Source of the DNA: Trypanosoma brucei
Taxonomy: Eukaryota
Direction of reading: 5' to 3'
Assembly: GCA_000002445.1 (NCBI GenBank)
Contig: CH464491.1
Coordinates: 480,001 to 544,000, forward strand
Length of the DNA: 64,000 nt
Shown here: in pieces, positions 58,076 to 64,000 of the stretch
Position numbering within the stretch: the first letter of the stretch is position 1
Layout: every line of letters starts with the position of its first letter
Translations under genes and position numbers: made by a program
Notes under the pieces: model-generated
Told to the model about the DNA's origin: nothing
The model's database searches: none
What the model saw: the letters and a program-made list of their open reading frames with translations, nothing else

Positions 58076-59044
58076 TTATTCTACATGAACAATAATTCCG
58101 GTATTCCGTACCCCAGTTGCGGAGGTAATGAAGCTCCTTATAGATCCCTTAACGAGGCCGCGCACGGAGCTCTGATCAGCCGAATCGTGCTTCAGAAGTT
58201 TAACTGCACAAAGTGAAGAGTCCCTGGGTGAAGTTGAATGTGTCCACGCACAAAGACAGAGAACTCTTTTAACACCAACAACACTGCATATCTCGGAAAT
58301 TAGGGTCTGGAAAAACGACAGCTCTCCATAAGGCTGATTTGACAACAGCAAAACTTTACCTGTTTCCTCTAAGAGGGGAAACGCCGATGCAGCTATGAAA
58401 AACGAACACAGAATGCTACAAATTGGGTCAGAAATCCTCGCCCCCGTCAGTGTAATTATGATACTTGATGTCATCACGCTTATGCTCCCTAGAAGATCAG
58501 CCAGTATGTGCAAGTAAACCCCTCTAATATTGTGATCAACCGAGCCCGAGCAACCACCATGAGCATGTGAGTGACCGTGCATACCATGAAAAAAAATGAT
58601 TCCTAGAATATTTACAATTAACCCGATAAGTGAAACTTGTATCAAATATCCAGCTTCAATTTCCGGCGGTTTAATTATCCGTTCAATTGATTCCAGGGTA
58701 ACATACCATGCAATAAATAGTAGAAGAACAGCGTTTACAAAGCCTCCCAAAACTTCATATCTCGCATACCCAAACGGATACCTCCTTTCATCAGATGGAA
58801 AGGATGCAACAACGGCAGCGCACAAGCCGATGGCAATAGAAGCGGAGTCGAGCATCATGTGAAAGGCATCAGAGATAAGCCCCAGCGAATTAACCGCAAT
58901 TCCATATACTAATTCAAGCACCATCACCCCAGTCGTCAGCAACAGAAACATCGCTAAATTCCTCTCCCGTCGGCTGGAAAATAATTGACTGATAGCATTT
59001 GCAACAGAAATATCGTTCCCCTTGTAGGGAAACCCGGGAAGCAT
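58076..59044 (-). CDS. Cation diffusion facilitator (CDF/ZnT-like) metal transporter.
   Basis: SLGLISDAFHMMLD motif in TM2, HGHSHAHG His-rich loop, six TM helices and a C-terminal cytoplasmic domain. Confidence 0.75.
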   Translation of the reverse strand: MLPGFPYKGNDISVANAISQLFSSRRERNLAMFLLLTTGVMVLELVYGIAVNSLGLISDAFHMMLDSASIAIGLCAAVVASFPSDERRYPFGYARYEVLGGFVNAVLLLFIAWYVTLESIERIIKPPEIEAGYLIQVSLIGLIVNILGIIFFHGMHGHSHAHGGCSGSVDHNIRGVYLHILADLLGSISVMTSSIIITLTGARISDPICSILCSFFIAASAFPLLEETGKVLLLSNQPYGELSFFQTLISEICSVVGVKRVLCLCAWTHSTSPRDSSLCAVKLLKHDSADQSSVRGLVKGSIRSFITSATGVRNTGIIVHVE

Positions 59045-62000
59045 TAGTCACTTATTTGAACACACATAACGATAACAATACAACCATAAGCATTCGTAAA
59101 AAAAAAACGAAAAATGTATAATGTAAGTGTGAAAACTGCGAAACAGACACAGCTCAGTGCCAGAAACAATAGCAAATACAAATTTGAGGCGGGGAGAGTA
59201 CCAACCTGTTCCTTGGACATGGCGAAACGGCCTCACATTACGAGACCAACTCCTTCCCTAAAATAAGAAAAGGAGGTAAATTTGTAAAAAGGAGATCGCC
59301 TATTTATTTTACATCTGGCGGACGTTTCAGACTACCCATCAAAACTACAAGCAAAAATCATATTCCTTCCTCAAAAAGGGGGGGATTAACCGCCCACCAA
59401 CCACCCTCCAGAGGTAAGGGGCAAGAGAATACCAAAAATAAAAGACATTAGGTAACTACGTGTAACACCAGATGGGTCAATAGCAATATCCCACAGCATT
59501 CATTCTTACCAGGATAAATGCACATACGCAGTCGCCTCCCTGTGTACAATTAAGGTAATTCAACAAAGAAAAAATGTTGAACCACAAAGACTGTCTTCAT
59601 CCATCAAGGTTTCTTCTGTTACCGCGGAAAAACGGTTTGAACAACTCCATCCCGATCCTCTAATACTTATGCATGCCTAGTAGAGGAGTCCTTCTCCTTC
59701 AAGTCCATTAAGACAAACCATACGTCCACAGAAGACCAGATATTGGAAACTGCAAAGGAGTAATTAGTGAACAGAGAAAACGGTCGTATATTCCTCAATT
59801 GTCAGTATGATCTCCAAAACAAATCACCGAAAACACCAGACAACCGTCAACAATGAGAAAAACAGGGGGAAAAATACACTGCGTAGTGGAGCCTCCCATT
59901 GCATTGACCAGTCCTTCGTTCACATCTATATTTCAAATGGTCCAACGCCAATTATACCTCATACCTAAACTAATGATGTACCCAACAATAAAGATGCGTA
60001 TTAATATTAAAGCTGGTTGTTGTTTTCATACGTTAAGCACGATAAAAGAAATATTAGTAACAATAGAAATAATAGATTCCATCAACAAATCAACTCACCT
60101 CTCACCACCAAAAAAAAAAAGTAGTAAGGAATGTAAGGCGAAGCTAATTGGTCGCAGTAAAAAAAACTCGGAGCAGTATTTTAAAAAAGGGGGGCAAGGA
60201 CAACGGAGGCAGTTGAGCACCAAGTATTCAGAGCTTTATCTCCCACTAACAACGGTAGGCTCCCACTAACACCGACGCCGTTTCCACCTGTTACGCCTAC
60301 GTGCAATATCCCCCTACCTGATGGGTGGCAGCAAATCCTACAGTGAATATGTTGAATTGACCGGGTGTAAAAACACTCAATATAGCAATTCGTAACCCGA
60401 CAACTTGGTTAAGGAGAAAAGTTTCTTTGAGGTACTTTTGGTTCAATGTCAAAACAAAAGCGAGGGGCAAAATAAAGAGTAGATTGCACAGGAATTTAAT
60501 TAACTTTTGCAAATAGAAAATACAATAGCTTCAAGTATTCTGAGTCCCTCTGATTGTCGACCTCTGAATATTTAAGGTAGTGGTCCATGCAACTGCACGA
60601 TACTATTTAGCACTCAATTAAACGATTGCTTTTTTTAAGTTTCTAACAATAGTATTATTTCAAGGATGATCCAGAGACGGAAACTTCTCTTGAAGCGGGT
60701 GTAATAATACTTAAAAGAGAGAAAAGGCACACTTTCACAGTAATAAAGTACGTTACATGTCGAAGGAGCTAGAAAAGAGCGATGAGCAAACATCAAGATA
60801 GGCAGCCCAGTACCCTGGCTCAACAACGTTTAAACAAAAAACAACAAAAACTGGTGATTCACAAAACATAATAACAATATATATGTCTAAATTTTGCGTT
60901 GTTACGGGAAAATAATGGCATCAGAGGTGACGTTGATGAAGTGTCACCCAAACAAGAACGCCGCCAGTGAATGCAGTACCTGCAAGGATTCGCAAGTGGC
61001 TCCAGGCGCCACAAAGCTAGCAGGTGAGAGAGACAGAAAATAAAACATCAATCCCCTGCGACCGCAACGGAGCGGCACAGCACCAAAAGGCCCAACATCG
61101 TCATGGTGGAAGAGACACTAAGCATCAGCACCCTTGTCGGAAGAATGAAACTACATTACCGGGCCAACCATCAGCGGCCCGCTTTAAAGCGCAGCGCACC
61201 AACGAGCTTCTGGGAGAGAGAAACACCGCGGGCTATATGGGTGACGGCACCAAAGTGTCACGACAAGCGGGGGGCGTCGACTTTCCAGATGGGCAGCGAC
61301 AGCATCGACCCGAGCCGGACAACACCATTCGCGAGGTGGTGCGGAACATGGGAAGCCCTCCCCATCTCCACCGAGGAGCCTTGCCCTGGAGGAGACACTC
61401 AGACAAGGTAAGACACACCTCTCCCCAGAAAGCCTTCTCTTAATATATTTAAATACCATGTAGCCGACACGTCCGACCCGAGAGGCAATTCGGGCCGTCC
61501 TCTCACATCCGCAACGGCGCGAGGGCACGTGAGGGGCTAACAGCCCTACACACATTGGGAAGAGTGGCGGCCTCTCTCGTGCTTGCACCGGGTGTTCACC
61601 ATGCCATGACACCAGTCTCCTTTTCCCAACACACCTCAACATGGGAAGAGGAGGGCCGGAGACTCTGAGCGACGCGTACTGACGTCCAGTTCCTAGAATG
61701 GCCAACAACGTACGCAATCCCGTTCGGCGTACCCACATCCAATGTCGTCCACGCCAAATGGTATCAACCAAAGGGTCGGCGAGGTATCGAACTGGGCCCC
61801 ATCCGCGAGCCCAGCAACCACAACACTTTGAAAGTGCTTGATACCACCGCTGGCGCCACAGAAGTGAGGACAGCTCTATTGACATAATGAAGATCATCAT
61901 TCTCACGGGAAAAAATCAGGTTGGCCGCGCGTATCAGCAAAGAGACAATCCGAAAGTTTTCTAAGGAAGGTGGGCAACGCGAATGGCAACACATACCCAG

Positions 62001-64000
62001 TCGTGCGTGGTGCCGGATAGGGTGGAAAAAAAAAAAGAACCCCCCCCCCGGGAGTCGAGAGGTCGCCCCTGACGACAGACGAGAAACATTTCTTATGCCC
62101 GGCTGGCACCACCGAAGGACCCAGGGGGGAAAGAAGGATGGTCGCCCCGGCGGTGCCAGCACAGGGTAGCCACTCGGGACAACAAAGCAAACCTCGGTAA
62201 ACAGAACAATAGGGTATCGAAACTGGTCGTGGCAGAAGAGCGTTTTAAACGCTGCGACAACTGCTCGCAACCCACTAGGCGGCGTCAACCCCCAGCGCTC
62301 GTTACTCTCGGGCTTCCGCGGGCCGAGGGGCGACAAGGACGAGCTGCGGCCGGAAGGTAACAAACAATGCCAACGAAACAGCGCGACGCATGGAAGATGA
62401 AAGTACTGGAGGTCAAGGGTTGCTTACTCGGGGCGTTTTATGGGCCCAACGGAAAGGCTACAATATGGGCGCTGCTTGGTGAATCGGAGATTTGTGGGGG
62501 CAGCACGTACTCGAGTAGCTGAAATATACGAACTGCAGCGAGAAGTAATATGTATTTAACCCGTTCAATTGAACCCTGTAATGCAGAAAAACACTGCGCT
62601 ACTGAAAGCAGAGCTCCATCACAACGTTACCGGTGGAAACAAACTGGATATCGACATTTCACCATTTTCAAAGTTATCGGAACGGATGGTCGCCAGTAGG
62701 TTCTGTGGTACCGTGGACCAACCGTCATGGGCGTAACAAGCCGAGTTAACACGAACGCCTCGAACAGTAGGCAGCATAGCGCAACTTTTTCGGACCTGAG
62801 TTTCTCTAGAAATATCACCAGGCGCCGCTGCTGTATTCACGCACCGTCCCCGAGCACTTGTATCAGTGAATCAAAGCCGCGCCATCCACGCATCGGAAAG
62901 ACTCCCCGTGGACTCATAGTCACTCGATGGATTAGCAATTCTCCAAGCAGAGTGGTGTGAGCCAGAGTGTGCACACTTCCGGGGGCTACCGCTAATACTG
63001 GGACCGCCGCAGGGACCAACGTTGGGCCTCATTCTGTTCAACCCTTGGAACAGTGGTAAATGTCTCGTCCCAGGGTTCAGCACCATGAGGGGACTCTGTT
63101 CCACTACATGACTTACCCTAGTGATGCAGAATACTTCAACGTAGTACCAGAGACCTCTGACACGTTTTTTCGCGTGAGACCAATAATCTTAAGGGGTGCA
63201 GACCTGTGGAACACTGTTTTGGCCGATCCGCTCGGTCGACCATACGGCATGGGGTCCGCCAACCCCGTTGCGGGATATCGCTTCTCTACGTTGTTCCCCT
63301 GACAGGTGCTAGTATTCCGGCAAAAGCATAACTTCAAGTAAGACAGCGGTCTTATTACACAGCATCCTGCAGTGTTGTTTCCTAGTTGCCCCGGTTTTTC
63401 GTATTTCTCACGAAGGTAAAAAGAAAATCTCTAACTTTTTTTTTGTTAATCAAAACGGCAGACGAAGTGAACATGGCACTTAACAGCGTGCAAGGGACCT
63501 GGCGCCACTTCGTTGTCGGTGATCTAAGTCTGGAGGTGATGGAGAAACAATAAGTACGGTGAAGCTGCAGCGTGGGCCACAAAAGGGTGGAAACAGTGAT
63601 GTAACCGTTGGCAGGGCGGTTGTAGGTCCTGCGCTGAATGAGATTTTGTTTGCTTCAAGCGTGGTGAAACATTCAAACCCAAAACACATAGGAGTCACAA
63701 ATGTCAGGTACCAGAAGTCTTCAAGAACTAATAGCGGTTTTAAACCAGGTAAGTAGGGTTATTGCTATTAGGCGTCAAGTAATGTAGGAGATGCCCACTA
63801 CCAGGGCACAAAAGAGAAAGAGCATCCGGAACACATTCCCAGCGCGACGACAACAAACGCAAATAAGCACTAGGGCAAAGAATTGCACCACTGGGTCTGA
63901 AAAGAAGCAGAGGACATGATGATAGGATGCGCACCGGCGACCCGAGCGCCAGAGTGCTTGTAAAAGGAATGTCACGCTTACCGAAAAGGTAAATTGCACA
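59045..64000. other. Gene-free region of about 5 kb upstream of the minus-strand PTU. The distal part (about 61.0-63.3 kb) is GC-rich with C10/A11 homopolymers and overlapping short ORFs on both strands.
   Basis: No ORF with protein-like composition. The translations are R/W/C/P-rich in all frames, as expected for non-coding GC-rich DNA. The position corresponds to the start of the unidirectional gene array. Confidence 0.5.

Noticed and set aside
61184-62363. Minus-strand ORFs of 240 and 199 aa, and several plus ORFs, in the GC-rich 61-63 kb region.
   Set aside because: The translations are R/W/C/P-rich, they overlap each other on both strands, and they have no motifs. This is typical of open frames in GC-rich non-coding DNA.
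59045-64000. Looked for SL RNA, U2/U6 snRNA, 5S rRNA and tRNA T-loop (GTTCGA/GTTCAA) signatures in the terminal 5 kb and in the large intergenic regions.
   Set aside because: No recognisable conserved cores were found by eye. A covariance-model scan would be needed before calling any RNA gene.
1-64000. Prokaryotic-type defence or mobile systems (CRISPR arrays, RM, TA, integrases, IS elements).
   Set aside because: The sequence is clearly eukaryotic and kinetoplastid. There are no direct-repeat/spacer arrays, Shine-Dalgarno-linked operons or transposase/integrase ORFs.

Overview
This window is eukaryotic and looks kinetoplastid (Trypanosoma brucei-like), not prokaryotic. Supporting features: long intron-less ORFs almost all on the minus strand, consistent with one polycistronic transcription unit (PTU) running from about 59 kb down to position 1. 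Intergenic regions are short and pyrimidine-rich on the coding strand (trans-splicing/polyadenylation-type signals). The gene content is typical of that lineage: the intraflagellar transport protein IFT88, very short AKKAAPKK-repeat histone H1 genes without a globular domain, and an MRP1/gBP21-like mitochondrial RNA-binding protein. Confident calls on the minus strand are: a Sec6/Vps53-like tethering subunit (partial), an NVL/Rix7-like double AAA ATPase, the cysteine desulfurase Nfs1, the vesicle-fusing ATPase NSF, a TMEM97-like membrane protein, an acidic poly-Asp protein, MRP1, TSR2, IFT88, a JmjC protein, eIF1AD, a PTC7-like PP2C phosphatase, five histone H1 genes in two near-identical tandem arrays about 15 kb apart, a RING-H2 protein, eIF2B-delta, STRAP, CCT-beta and a CDF metal transporter, plus several lineage-specific hypotheticals. 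The last 5 kb (59-64 kb) has no convincing ORF and is partly GC-rich with homopolymer tracts. It is probably the upstream boundary or transcription-start/strand-switch region of the PTU, possibly with degenerate repeat or retroelement debris. The supplied ORF track converts alternative start codons (GTG/TTG) to M, so I moved several starts to the first real ATG. I see no prokaryote-style defence or mobile system. The most unusual items are the split H1 array, a RING ORF followed in frame by a hydrophobic ORF after a single stop, and the gene-free GC-rich PTU-upstream region.
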